Below, piece by piece: positions 1 to 8,798 of a stretch of DNA of 64,000 nucleotides. This DNA is from a virus. The stretch's first letter is position 1, and every line of letters starts with the position of its first letter. The position numbers were made by a program, and so were the translations under genes. The notes beneath the pieces are model-generated. The model did no database searches. It was given only the letters and a program-made list of their open reading frames with translations, and had not been told where the DNA came from. The stretch spans positions 96,001 through 160,000 of the IMG/VR virus record IMGVR_UViG_3300014613_000001; one strand, written 5' to 3'.

Positions 1-1992
1 TTCGTTCCGATCTCTGATAAAGCGGTCGCCGAGGCGCACAAGATGTTTCCGTCGAGCAACCTCTTCAGCCCCGCCACACACGGCGTCATGTACGCGCCAT
101 CCCACGAGCAGCAGGTGGGGTTGTTCATGGCGACCCAGGTCGGGAAGAGTACGGGCAAGAAGTTCAAGGATCTGAAGGAGGCTGAGAAGGCGTTCAATGC
201 TGATGAGGTCGGACTCACGGATGTGGTGAGTGTTGCCGGTGCGACGACGACGCTTGGGCGATCACGAATAGATGCCCAGTTACCGACGGAGATGAGAGGC
301 GGCAAGATCCTGACGGATCTGCAGTACAACCTTACGAAGAAAGAGCAGGGGCAGCTATTCAACGAGATGGCGCGTGGCAATCCTAAGAAGTACCCAGATC
401 GTGTCAATAAGCTCAAGGATATCGGGAATGACACCGCCTCTACCCAGGGGTTCAGTCTGGGGCTCGAGGACTTCAAAGTTCATAAGGAGATTCGTGATCC
501 TATCCTTCTACATGCGGCCGCTAGATCAGCGAAGCTGGACTCGAACAAGCCTGCCGATGTCTCGAGAATAGTGGATATCTACGCTGACGCTATGGAGAAG
601 ATCGAGACCGGTGTCATGGCCAAAGCGAAGCGCGGCACGTCTCAGCTTGACCGTCTTCAGAACGCAGCGGGTATCAAGGGCGGGGGTTATCGCCAGCTCA
701 CTGCGGCCCCTGTGCTCTTTGTAGATGGAAAGGGAGACGTTGTCCCGAATCCCGTGACTCGCTCCTATGCTGAGGGGCTGTCCACAACGGCTTATTGGAG
801 TGCAACGAGCGGCGGTCGTAAGGGCATCGTTCAGAAGGTGCAAAGCGTCTCGGAGCCAGGCTATCTCACCAAGATGATGACGAATTCTGTCATCGATCAG
901 CTCGTCGACAAAGATGACTGCGGGACTGATCGCGGTATATCATTGTCCGTCGACGAGCCAGACGTGGTCGGTCGATATACAACAGCGGGGCTCAACCTCG
1001 GACGGGGAAAGGTGATCCCCGCGGGGACGATGCTCACACCCGACGTCCTGACAAAGATCAGGAACAGTAAGGCTTCAGCGAAGGTGGTCGTGCGCTCTCC
1101 GATGAGATGCACCCATACTCATGGCGTGTGCCAAAAGTGCATGGGGCTAAACGAAGACGGCCAGCTGAACGACTTTGGCACGAATGTCGGGGTTGCAGCT
1201 GCACAGGCTCTCGGGGAACGAGGCACACAATTAGCAATGAAGGCATTTCATTCTGGGGGTGTTTACGAGGGAAAGGGGACGAAGTCCTTGACCGGGGAGG
1301 GTCTTGATCAGGCGACGAGCATTCTGTACTTGAGACAGAAGGTGAAGGGGTCCGCGGTGCTCGCGGACATCGGGGGTAAGATTCGCAGGATCAAGAAGGA
1401 TCCTGCTGGCGGTGCTCGAGTAATGATCGGAGAGAACGAGGTCTATGTTCCCTCCGATCGGAAGATGCTCAAGAATATCCGTGTGGGCGAGACTGTGAAG
1501 CGCGGAGATCAGCTGACGTCCGGACCTGTGAACCCACACGAGCTTCTACCACTAACGAACGTGAACAAGGTGCAGGGACATCTAGCAGGGGAACTGCACA
1601 GCATCTACGGTAGTCAGGGTATCCGGCGTCGTAACTCTGAGGTGCTGGTACGCGCGATCTCAAGTGTGACGAAGGTGGAAGACTCCGGTGGCCACCCAGA
1701 TCTGCTTCGGGGGGATTTTGCCAACACGGCGATGATCCAGGACTGGAATAAGAAGCACAAGGACGCGGCTCCGGTTCGTCATGTGCCGGTCCTTCGGGGT
1801 GTCAAACAGGTGCCACTCGATGTTCAAGAGGATTGGATGGCGCGGCTGAATCACCAGAACCTGAAGTCCACGGTGATCGAAGCGGCACAGCAGGGGTGGT
1901 CCTCTGATCTTCATGGTACAAACCCCGTACCCTCGCTTGTGTATGGTGTAGAATTCGGGAAGGGCACGAAGGAAAAGCCCTGGAGGTACTGA
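1..1992 (+). CDS. rpoC: Phage multisubunit RNA polymerase beta' subunit, C-terminal part (5'-truncated by window)
   Basis: Frame is open from base 1 (FVPISDKAVAEAHKM, like beta' PLSxEAQxEA). Bridge helix YAEGLS...GGRKG...EPGYLTK, Zn site RSPMRC...GVCQKC, trigger loop AAQALGERGTQLAMKAFHSGG. Confidence 0.93.
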   Translation, partial: FVPISDKAVAEAHKMFPSSNLFSPATHGVMYAPSHEQQVGLFMATQVGKSTGKKFKDLKEAEKAFNADEVGLTDVVSVAGATTTLGRSRIDAQLPTEMRGGKILTDLQYNLTKKEQGQLFNEMARGNPKKYPDRVNKLKDIGNDTASTQGFSLGLEDFKVHKEIRDPILLHAAARSAKLDSNKPADVSRIVDIYADAMEKIETGVMAKAKRGTSQLDRLQNAAGIKGGGYRQLTAAPVLFVDGKGDVVPNPVTRSYAEGLSTTAYWSATSGGRKGIVQKVQSVSEPGYLTKMMTNSVIDQLVDKDDCGTDRGISLSVDEPDVVGRYTTAGLNLGRGKVIPAGTMLTPDVLTKIRNSKASAKVVVRSPMRCTHTHGVCQKCMGLNEDGQLNDFGTNVGVAAAQALGERGTQLAMKAFHSGGVYEGKGTKSLTGEGLDQATSILYLRQKVKGSAVLADIGGKIRRIKKDPAGGARVMIGENEVYVPSDRKMLKNIRVGETVKRGDQLTSGPVNPHELLPLTNVNKVQGHLAGELHSIYGSQGIRRRNSEVLVRAISSVTKVEDSGGHPDLLRGDFANTAMIQDWNKKHKDAAPVRHVPVLRGVKQVPLDVQEDWMARLNHQNLKSTVIEAAQQGWSSDLHGTNPVPSLVYGVEFGKGTKEKPWRY

Positions 1993-1993
1993 G

Positions 1994-2359
1994 ATGATCG
2001 ACTCGATCAACACGGTTCGCTACGACGCATTCTTTGATGAACTCGGGCAGATCGAGAAGAGAGCAATGTTGACCAGGGTCGCGGCTCTCAGTCCGGGCTT
2101 TGTTTCGCAAGTCGTTCGTGGCGGGAGGCAAATCCTCACCAAGCCCGGAAACGCGGTCAAGGCCGTCCGTACTGCCTACGGTCGTGGATCACGAGTTGCC
2201 GCACAAGCTGGAGGTGGTCGACTCTCACAGCTTGGCGGTGGTCTGGAGCGCGTGTGGAAAACCCCACAGGGCAAGGCAGCGGTGGTCGGCGCTGGCGCTC
2301 TTGCGGGTGGAGCCGGGCTGGTCGGTACCGGGGCTGTATTGGGCCGAGCTACCGCATAG
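1994..2359 (+). CDS. Small basic virion protein with FFDEL..EKRA motif and C-terminal glycine-zipper helix
   Basis: ORF; FFDELGQIEKRA; GAGALAGGAGLVGTGAVLG. Confidence 0.6.
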   Translation: MIDSINTVRYDAFFDELGQIEKRAMLTRVAALSPGFVSQVVRGGRQILTKPGNAVKAVRTAYGRGSRVAAQAGGGRLSQLGGGLERVWKTPQGKAAVVGAGALAGGAGLVGTGAVLGRATA

Positions 2360-2365
2360 AGGAAC

Positions 2366-3517
2366 ATGCCGGGAGCACACTCCAATTCCCAGGTCCAACG
2401 TGGGGTCAACGCCGTTCTCATCGAGACGGGGCAGATCATCAACGTGGATATTGATCACTGGACGGTGGATGTTCGCACGAAGCACACCTACAGGTTGCTG
2501 CTCGATCTCCAAGTAGGGGCTTCGTACCTGCACTTCCACTCTGGAGAAGGCATCTTCGTCATGCCAGAGGTGGGGGCGCTCGTGAAGGTCTGCATGCCGA
2601 GTGACGATACGCCCTTCGTTCTCTGCTTCGTCACGGCCTTCGAACGTGCTGCTGCCGCTGGTGCTCCAACGCAGGCAGGCGATGTGCCCGACGAGGAGGG
2701 TGGAGAAGAAAACGAGGTCACCTTCCGAGCTGGCCGCCCCAGGATACAGCAGGGCGACATCATGCTTCGCACCCGGGATGGCAACCAGCTATGGCTCCGA
2801 CGAGGTGGAGTTGTCGAGATCGGCGCGGGGCCCATGGCGAAGAGGGTGTACATCCCGATCACAAATATGCTTCGCGACGTCTTTGAGAACTACGAAGCTC
2901 TCTCCACTGCCGGCGAGATGCGATGGACGACGACGCGCTCTGATAGTGATCCGTCTGGAGAGGCGCAAGCGATCTTTACACTTGCGGCTCGTGATCATGC
3001 CCAGGACGAGAACACGACCGTCCTTGTGTCGGCCGGTCATGTGGATGATACGACTCGTCTTCGGTGTGTCGTTGCCCCAGACGCCATTGACTCGAGAACT
3101 GGTGAGGTCACGGGCAGCGCCGTGTATGAGTTCACTGTCAACGACGACGGTGATGTCGAGGTCACTGTGGCCGGGGACGTCACTGTCGAGGTCGAGGGCG
3201 CGGTCGACGTGACTGTGAGTGGGGATGGGCAGCTCACGTTCGGCAACCTGACAGAGACGGTCAACGGGGACCTGACCCATCGAGTGAGCGGTGGCCACAG
3301 TTTGACCGCCAACAGCAGTCGGGAAAGATTGAGCGGGACGAAGATCATTGATGCCCCCATGACCCAGATCGGTGGGAGCAAGCCGGTTATGCTGATGACA
3401 GGAGCAATGAGCGCGTTTCTTTACCATACGCACACTGTCGTCGGGGGCGTAACCAGCACTCCACTTCCTGCGGTCTCCCCGGATGACGTCGCAGCTACAA
3501 AATTGAGGAGTGGGTGA
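2366..3517 (+). CDS. Baseplate central spike (gpV/gp5-like)
   Basis: N-terminal OB-fold-like segment (GQIINVDIDHWTVDV...MPEVGALV), Val/Gly/Thr-rich beta-helix repeats, C-terminal HxH (YHTHTVVGG) metal-binding tip motif. Confidence 0.75.
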   Translation: MPGAHSNSQVQRGVNAVLIETGQIINVDIDHWTVDVRTKHTYRLLLDLQVGASYLHFHSGEGIFVMPEVGALVKVCMPSDDTPFVLCFVTAFERAAAAGAPTQAGDVPDEEGGEENEVTFRAGRPRIQQGDIMLRTRDGNQLWLRRGGVVEIGAGPMAKRVYIPITNMLRDVFENYEALSTAGEMRWTTTRSDSDPSGEAQAIFTLAARDHAQDENTTVLVSAGHVDDTTRLRCVVAPDAIDSRTGEVTGSAVYEFTVNDDGDVEVTVAGDVTVEVEGAVDVTVSGDGQLTFGNLTETVNGDLTHRVSGGHSLTANSSRERLSGTKIIDAPMTQIGGSKPVMLMTGAMSAFLYHTHTVVGGVTSTPLPAVSPDDVAATKLRSG

Positions 3518-3807
3518 TGGCGCTCAATGAAGCGGTTCTGGCTAACCTGATCGCTGACATCTATCATCTAGAGATGGTGGCTGCCTTCCCTACGGTGGTC
3601 AAAGGTGTTGAGGTCATCGAGGTCCCGCGAGAAGATGGGACGATGAGCTACGATGTGACACTGGTTCGAGGCCCGAATGAGCCAGACGAAGCGAGTATCC
3701 GCCCGATGGCCAATGCTATCGCACAAGCAGTGATTCGGCACATCAAGGCCCATGCAGAGGTGAATGACACTGATGCCGGCGCCGGAGGTAGTTGGAGGAT
3801 TTTATGA
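3517..3807 (+). CDS. Hypothetical protein
   Basis: ORF translationally coupled to the spike gene (TGATG). Confidence 0.55.
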   Translation: MALNEAVLANLIADIYHLEMVAAFPTVVKGVEVIEVPREDGTMSYDVTLVRGPNEPDEASIRPMANAIAQAVIRHIKAHAEVNDTDAGAGGSWRIL

Positions 3808-5819
3808 CTGCACTTTACCTGGATACAACGCCGCCGCCGGTTGACATGCCGAAGGTGGCCGCGGAAGCTCGACTCTCCGACTCTGCGGACTCGTGGCCCC
3901 GAGAGGTGCACAAGGAACTCTTGAGAGAGTGTCCGTACCTCGGAGCCTACGACGTGTCCCCACAGCTGACGAAGGTGGACGCAGAGCAGGGGTATGGTCT
4001 GGGTTTCGTCCGTGTGAGCAGTAAGTCGGCGACCATGCCGCTCGGACCCGGGTCCGATGCGGTGATGAAGTCGCAAGGTGTTCGCGCGATCCGAGTTCCC
4101 GTCATCATCAAGAACAAGAAACTCCAACCGATGGACGTGTTCTTGGGGGACAAGGGTATCTACCCGATGTCGGATGTCCGAGTCCGTGCGGCGCTCTTTC
4201 GTCCCCAGGTTTTTGACTCCGTGAAGAGCGGGCCTGGGGATACGTCGATATACGATCAGCTCTACCCGCCGTCGAGTCGGCAATCCGGAGGTGGTGGCGG
4301 GCAGGTCAGTTCTGTTTCGCAGACAAAGCTCGGATCAACGAAGCCGACTTTCCTGTTGGAGGCCATCTCCTCAACCATCACCGCGGACGACGTGGCGCGG
4401 ATCAAGCTGGCGATGTCAGAAGATCCGCAGCTCGTGCGCGCGTTGGTGCATAACGACTCGACGCGCCCTTTCATTGAGACCATCGTATCGTTGACACCGG
4501 TGACGACACAGGACGTCACCAAAGTCGCTTCGATGATCGCGCGTCCTACTATCTTCCAGGTGGAGAGGCTCAACGATTCTTACCTGCTGAAGACAGCTGA
4601 CGACACGGCATTTGATCCGCAGGTCACCGAGGTCGATCGGAACACGGCGGTGGAGATCGCTGGAAAAGATCTGGTCGAGCAAGCGGACAACTTCGGCGCC
4701 GGTACGGTCACCATGAACCCCGTCGTTCACGATGACAGCATCGAGGATGAAGAAATCGGCCCGATCACGTCCTTTGGCGAGTATCGAGTCAAGACGCCTG
4801 ACGGTCAGGAATATCTGGGCTGGGTCTTCCCTACCGTCCTCGACTTTGACGGCACATCGCTTCCGTTCATGCTCTTCACGAACGGGGCCGTGTCCGCCAT
4901 TCAGGAATCCATCGTCGGGAGCTTCGTCGGGAAAGGGGTCAACATCATCCGAGGGAAGCCGGAAGGCTATGGCTTCTTCTACCGGGTCACGACAAGTGGT
5001 GGGGTCATCGCTTTCCAGCCGCTCGAGATCGCCAGTAGTTTCTCAGACGAGTCCGGTTCCGGGTTCCTCGGTGAGACGATGATGGCCGAGCCCGTGAAGA
5101 TCGTGTTCAGTGCGGAAGTTCATGCCCCTGTTCATTTGGAAGGCACCACCTATGTTCTTCCATCGGATGTACGATGGGCACCTCTCGGGAAGAAGATGAC
5201 GACGAAGCTGATCAGGGATGCCACGGAGTTCATCAAGACCGCCATGGTGCGGGCCTCGATGAACATGGTCCGTGTCATCTCTGACGGGCACACCTGGTCT
5301 TTCAATGGCCCGCCGCTCGAGAAGGTAGCGTATCGGTGGCGCGAGGGTCTCGGCGGCGCTGACGCAGCTTTCATGGCCAGTGCGCTCGGGATGTCCAATG
5401 AGCTCGCCCTGAAGACGCTCATCAAGTCAGCTCGTGAGCGCGATGCCGTGTTCGTCCCGAACTGCCGAGCCATTGGTTCGCCAGGTGTAAAGCTGGCTGC
5501 GGCTCGTCAGAGGGCCAAGAGTTTGTGGGACGCCGTGCCCCGTCGCCGATCTCTGTTGAAGGAGGCGGCAGCGCTGGATGACGTGACGACCATCGACAAG
5601 ATTCTCAGCCTCGGTTTTATCAGCCCCGAGAATGCGCAGATCTTCGTGAGTTGGCTTCCGGACCTCGAGGAGGCACTCCAGAAGCTGGCTTCATTGCTGC
5701 TCGCCGCCCGTCTTGGGCAAGAGGATATCCCCGAACAAGCCTCCAAGAGTGCGATGCTTCAGCTCGAAGAGGTGATCATGGGCTTGAAGAAGCTCATGTT
5801 CCGGAAGGACGGAAAATGA
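3804..5819 (+). CDS. Large putative virion/head protein with several KxA motifs
   Basis: 671-aa ORF, RBS GGAGGA before ATG 3804; PKVAA, TKVAS, IKTAM, EKVAY, VKLAA, LKEAA. Confidence 0.6.
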   Translation: MTALYLDTTPPPVDMPKVAAEARLSDSADSWPREVHKELLRECPYLGAYDVSPQLTKVDAEQGYGLGFVRVSSKSATMPLGPGSDAVMKSQGVRAIRVPVIIKNKKLQPMDVFLGDKGIYPMSDVRVRAALFRPQVFDSVKSGPGDTSIYDQLYPPSSRQSGGGGGQVSSVSQTKLGSTKPTFLLEAISSTITADDVARIKLAMSEDPQLVRALVHNDSTRPFIETIVSLTPVTTQDVTKVASMIARPTIFQVERLNDSYLLKTADDTAFDPQVTEVDRNTAVEIAGKDLVEQADNFGAGTVTMNPVVHDDSIEDEEIGPITSFGEYRVKTPDGQEYLGWVFPTVLDFDGTSLPFMLFTNGAVSAIQESIVGSFVGKGVNIIRGKPEGYGFFYRVTTSGGVIAFQPLEIASSFSDESGSGFLGETMMAEPVKIVFSAEVHAPVHLEGTTYVLPSDVRWAPLGKKMTTKLIRDATEFIKTAMVRASMNMVRVISDGHTWSFNGPPLEKVAYRWREGLGGADAAFMASALGMSNELALKTLIKSARERDAVFVPNCRAIGSPGVKLAAARQRAKSLWDAVPRRRSLLKEAAALDDVTTIDKILSLGFISPENAQIFVSWLPDLEEALQKLASLLLAARLGQEDIPEQASKSAMLQLEEVIMGLKKLMFRKDGK

Positions 5820-6007
5820 TCCAAACATTCACGAGAGAGGAATATCTGTACGCACTGGAGAAGACGGCCAAGGGATCTGTGCGAGACGTTGGTAGGGTTC
5901 AGAAGTTTCTGAAGAGCATCGTTGGAACGCGTCCGTCCCAGGCCAACCCACTCAGCCCCGGAAGGGGTCTCATGGGCTTCGTGGGCCGCCGGGCAAAGAC
6001 AATGTGA
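5816..6007 (+). CDS. Small KxA-motif protein
   Basis: ATGA overlap with previous stop; YALEKTAK followed by basic tail. Confidence 0.55.
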   Translation: MIQTFTREEYLYALEKTAKGSVRDVGRVQKFLKSIVGTRPSQANPLSPGRGLMGFVGRRAKTM

Positions 6008-6015
6008 AGTGAGGT

Positions 6016-6882
6016 ATGGTTCGACATCCAGCAACCTATTGGGCGAAATTCTATCTGTCCCGCCGCACGCACAGCTATGAGCAGATAGAGGGTCTGCTCA
6101 CGTGCTATAACCTCCCTGGGTTTTCTGTAGACGATCTGCAAGAGCTCGATGCCTCCATGCAATACCCTCGGGTGTTTCGCCCACAGTTGAGAAATGATCG
6201 TACGAGTCAGCGGTTCATCCGCCAGGAGCAGATCTTCGAAGCGTGGCATCCGTGTGCGGACATGAAGGCCGCGATAGCGATCCTCGATGATCACACACTT
6301 CGTCAGCACATAGAGACATTGATCCTGTCACCCGTGCGTCCTGAGCAAGCAGTGAGGAAGTTGGCAGAGAGGCTCAAGGTCAATCTCACCGTGCGATCCT
6401 ACGAGTTCTTTCGCCATTACTTCTGGAACCCCCGGCTCCTGACCTCGACTGAGTGGGGGAGATTTATCCGCGAGCGCGAGAGCACGAACCAGGAGTGGCT
6501 CCAGCTCGCGAACAGCACGGACGGACCCGAGGGTGTGAAGCTCCTTCTGTGGAAGACCGGGCTGGGTGGCATATCGAAGATTGATTCGAATCAAGGGTTC
6601 GCCCGGGCGAAGGCCGTAGCTTTCCTCATGCTCGAGCAGCTCTACATGGATGCGCCATCCCCAGCTCACTCAAAGATGTTCCTGAGCTACCTTCAAGCTG
6701 CGAAGATGGCGCAGGAGGGAGAGGACGAGAGCGCAAACGCTGTTCAGGATATCGTGCAGGCGTTCAAGTCGTTCAAGCTGCGAACACAGATCGTGAAGAC
6801 CAAGACTGTGAAGCAGCTCACCGAGGGAAACTTTTCACCTCCGGAGATCGTGAACGACGACGATGAAGGGATGGTGTACTGA
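6016..6882 (+). CDS. Hypothetical protein
   Basis: 288-aa ORF with RBS GAGG. Confidence 0.6.
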   Translation: MVRHPATYWAKFYLSRRTHSYEQIEGLLTCYNLPGFSVDDLQELDASMQYPRVFRPQLRNDRTSQRFIRQEQIFEAWHPCADMKAAIAILDDHTLRQHIETLILSPVRPEQAVRKLAERLKVNLTVRSYEFFRHYFWNPRLLTSTEWGRFIRERESTNQEWLQLANSTDGPEGVKLLLWKTGLGGISKIDSNQGFARAKAVAFLMLEQLYMDAPSPAHSKMFLSYLQAAKMAQEGEDESANAVQDIVQAFKSFKLRTQIVKTKTVKQLTEGNFSPPEIVNDDDEGMVY

Positions 6883-7247
6883 TGTTCAATGAACCGATTG
6901 AGCAGGTCAGTTCCGCAAACACGGGGGCTATCATTTTGACACCGGTCGACCTCACCCTGTTCACTGCTGAGTATGTTTCCCGTGTGCCTGATCTGATCAT
7001 ACACATTGGCCGGAAGGGTGAGCTCTTGTGGCGTCGACGTGATGCACAGCTCATCTGGGACGCCATGGTAGAAACTTTCCGCTTGCAAGATCGAGAGGAT
7101 CGTCTCCGTGTCGAGTTCGTTCCAGAGGCCTACGGGTGGTGTGTCATCGTCTTCGGGGTCGCGGCGATCATGCCCCCTTCGGATAAGATGATCATGAACT
7201 CGCTGTTGCGATTTGAGGAGATGTACCATGCCAGCCTGGATTCATAG
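6882..7247 (+). CDS. Hypothetical protein
   Basis: TGATG coupling to upstream gene. Confidence 0.55.
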   Translation: MFNEPIEQVSSANTGAIILTPVDLTLFTAEYVSRVPDLIIHIGRKGELLWRRRDAQLIWDAMVETFRLQDREDRLRVEFVPEAYGWCVIVFGVAAIMPPSDKMIMNSLLRFEEMYHASLDS

Positions 7248-7530
7248 CCGTGCTGAGAAGATGACCGGCGACATGGAGAAAACCTACGGCCCGGAAAAGG
7301 CCAAGCAGGTTGCGTTTGCTGTCGCGACCCAACAGGCACACCGGCTGGGTAAGAGCCCTAAGACTTTCAGAAGCAAGGTCACCGGAAAAAAGGAACGCTT
7401 CGGTACTCCAGAGGCCAAGAGAGAGGCCAAGCAAAAGTTCGACAAGCCGCTCAAGGAGTACAAGAAGACAGCCTCTGCGGCCGTGTTCGCCGGGTTCACC
7501 GACGAGCTCATAAAGATCATAACCAGCTAA
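7228..7530 (+). CDS. Basic KxA-motif protein
   Basis: RBS GAGGAG; YKKTASAAVFAGFTDELIKII at C-terminus. Confidence 0.6.
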   Translation: MPAWIHSRAEKMTGDMEKTYGPEKAKQVAFAVATQQAHRLGKSPKTFRSKVTGKKERFGTPEAKREAKQKFDKPLKEYKKTASAAVFAGFTDELIKIITS

Positions 7531-7569
7531 GGAAAAAGCCAGGATAGGATTCCCGAACGGGGTCCTGGC

Positions 7570-7938
7570 TCAGACTTCGATGTAGTTGACTTTCGCCTCC
7601 GCTTGCTGGATGAACCGGAGCGCCCACCCGGGGGCCTCTATCACCTGGACATATTGCGCGTCCAGGGTACCACCCGTTGATATCGTTTCGACGACTATTC
7701 TCGCCGATTCGAGGTAGTACGCGACGTCCAGAGCTCCACCTATCTTCTCGATGGTGAAGCACCGGTTCAGTCCAGCTCGACTCAGGATCCAGGTCCTGGC
7801 ACCGAACGGTCCTGGCCCCCCGCATGGCCGGAGTCTCCAGCCGCGGCGGGCCGGTTCGGTCGCGGTCGTATGGCCGCTCCCAGCCCATGGGGTGGAGCGG
7901 TGCCAGGCTTCTGCCGTGAATTTTGACAAATTTAGCAT
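7570..7938 (-). CDS. Hypothetical protein
   Basis: Minus-strand ORF; RBS AAAGGAG before ATG at 7938. Confidence 0.55.
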   Translation of the reverse strand: MLNLSKFTAEAWHRSTPWAGSGHTTATEPARRGWRLRPCGGPGPFGARTWILSRAGLNRCFTIEKIGGALDVAYYLESARIVVETISTGGTLDAQYVQVIEAPGWALRFIQQAEAKVNYIEV

Positions 7939-8020
7939 GTGATCTCCTTTCAGGGCAACATAAGTCACCCGAGTTCACATAATTCTTATCCCTGTTTTTG
8001 CTCGTGTTTTGCGGATCGCC

Positions 8021-8431
8021 CTACTCGATATCGACGTTGAGCCCCGGCTCACACACTTCTGGTTTTGATCGAGGAGGTTGTAGGAAGACCCACATCTCTG
8101 CGACCCCCTCTCCGATCCATCCCCAGTCACAGTAGTCGTGCTTTCCGCCAACCTTGGTCTCAACCAGAGGAGGATCCGCCTTTGCCCGACGAGCCGCATT
8201 CGCGATGAGATCCATTATCCGCTTCCCTTGATCATGCGGGAGCTGGGCTTGGGCCTGCGGCAATCCTTTGTGGTAGGCGCAGACGTAGGCGCAGCGCAAG
8301 CATCGGCCGTGCTTCTCGTTGTCTTGGAGCTCCTTTCCTCCCACGGTCATGATGAACAGGTCCGAGAAGGTGTTCCCTATCTGCTTCATGATCGTGTCGA
8401 GCCACGCATATCGTCTACTCTCTTCAGCCAT
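8021..8431 (-). CDS. Hypothetical Cys/His-containing protein
   Basis: ORF; CLRCAYVCAYH cluster. Confidence 0.5.
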   Translation of the reverse strand: MAEESRRYAWLDTIMKQIGNTFSDLFIMTVGGKELQDNEKHGRCLRCAYVCAYHKGLPQAQAQLPHDQGKRIMDLIANAARRAKADPPLVETKVGGKHDYCDWGWIGEGVAEMWVFLQPPRSKPEVCEPGLNVDIE

Positions 8432-8724
8432 TGTCTTCCTTTCTCATCTAGGAGGACGAACGCGCGTAGGCTTCGCGTCTCGCCCATCACTTCCTTCAGG
8501 GTTGTGTCAACCGCGGCTCGAAGTTCCTTTCGCGGCTTTGTCGAAAAATGGGTCAGTCTGTTGGGGGCATCGACGCGCACGATGAAGCTGCTCATGTCGT
8601 TCTTTGTAATCAGGGCTCCGAGATTATCGGGGCCCCACCAGATGAGCAGCTTTCCCTTGTCGATCCATATGAACCCTTCCTCCTTCATCAGCTTGGCGAC
8701 GAGTGCTTTTTTGATCATCTTCAT
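8386..8724 (-). CDS. Hypothetical protein
   Basis: RBS GGAGGT before ATG at 8724. Confidence 0.55.
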   Translation of the reverse strand: MKMIKKALVAKLMKEEGFIWIDKGKLLIWWGPDNLGALITKNDMSSFIVRVDAPNRLTHFSTKPRKELRAAVDTTLKEVMGETRSLRAFVLLDEKGRQWLKRVDDMRGSTRS

Positions 8725-8783
8725 CTACCTCCAACCCTCCTTAGCTAGATAGTGACATCTGTCTGCCTCTTATACCTTGTTTC

Positions 8784-8792
8784 TGCTATAGT
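8784..8792 (+). promoter_or_regulatory. Extended -10-like promoter TGCTATAGT, probably giving a leaderless terL mRNA
   Basis: TGn-TATAGT ends 6 nt before ATG 8799; no SD; related TGCTAnnnT at 12131, 31570 and 34996(-). Confidence 0.5.
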
Positions 8793-8798
8793 CTGATC

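Noticed and set aside
3804-5819. Portal protein call
   Set aside because: Size and position are compatible, but I see no portal motifs; left as a KxA-motif structural protein.
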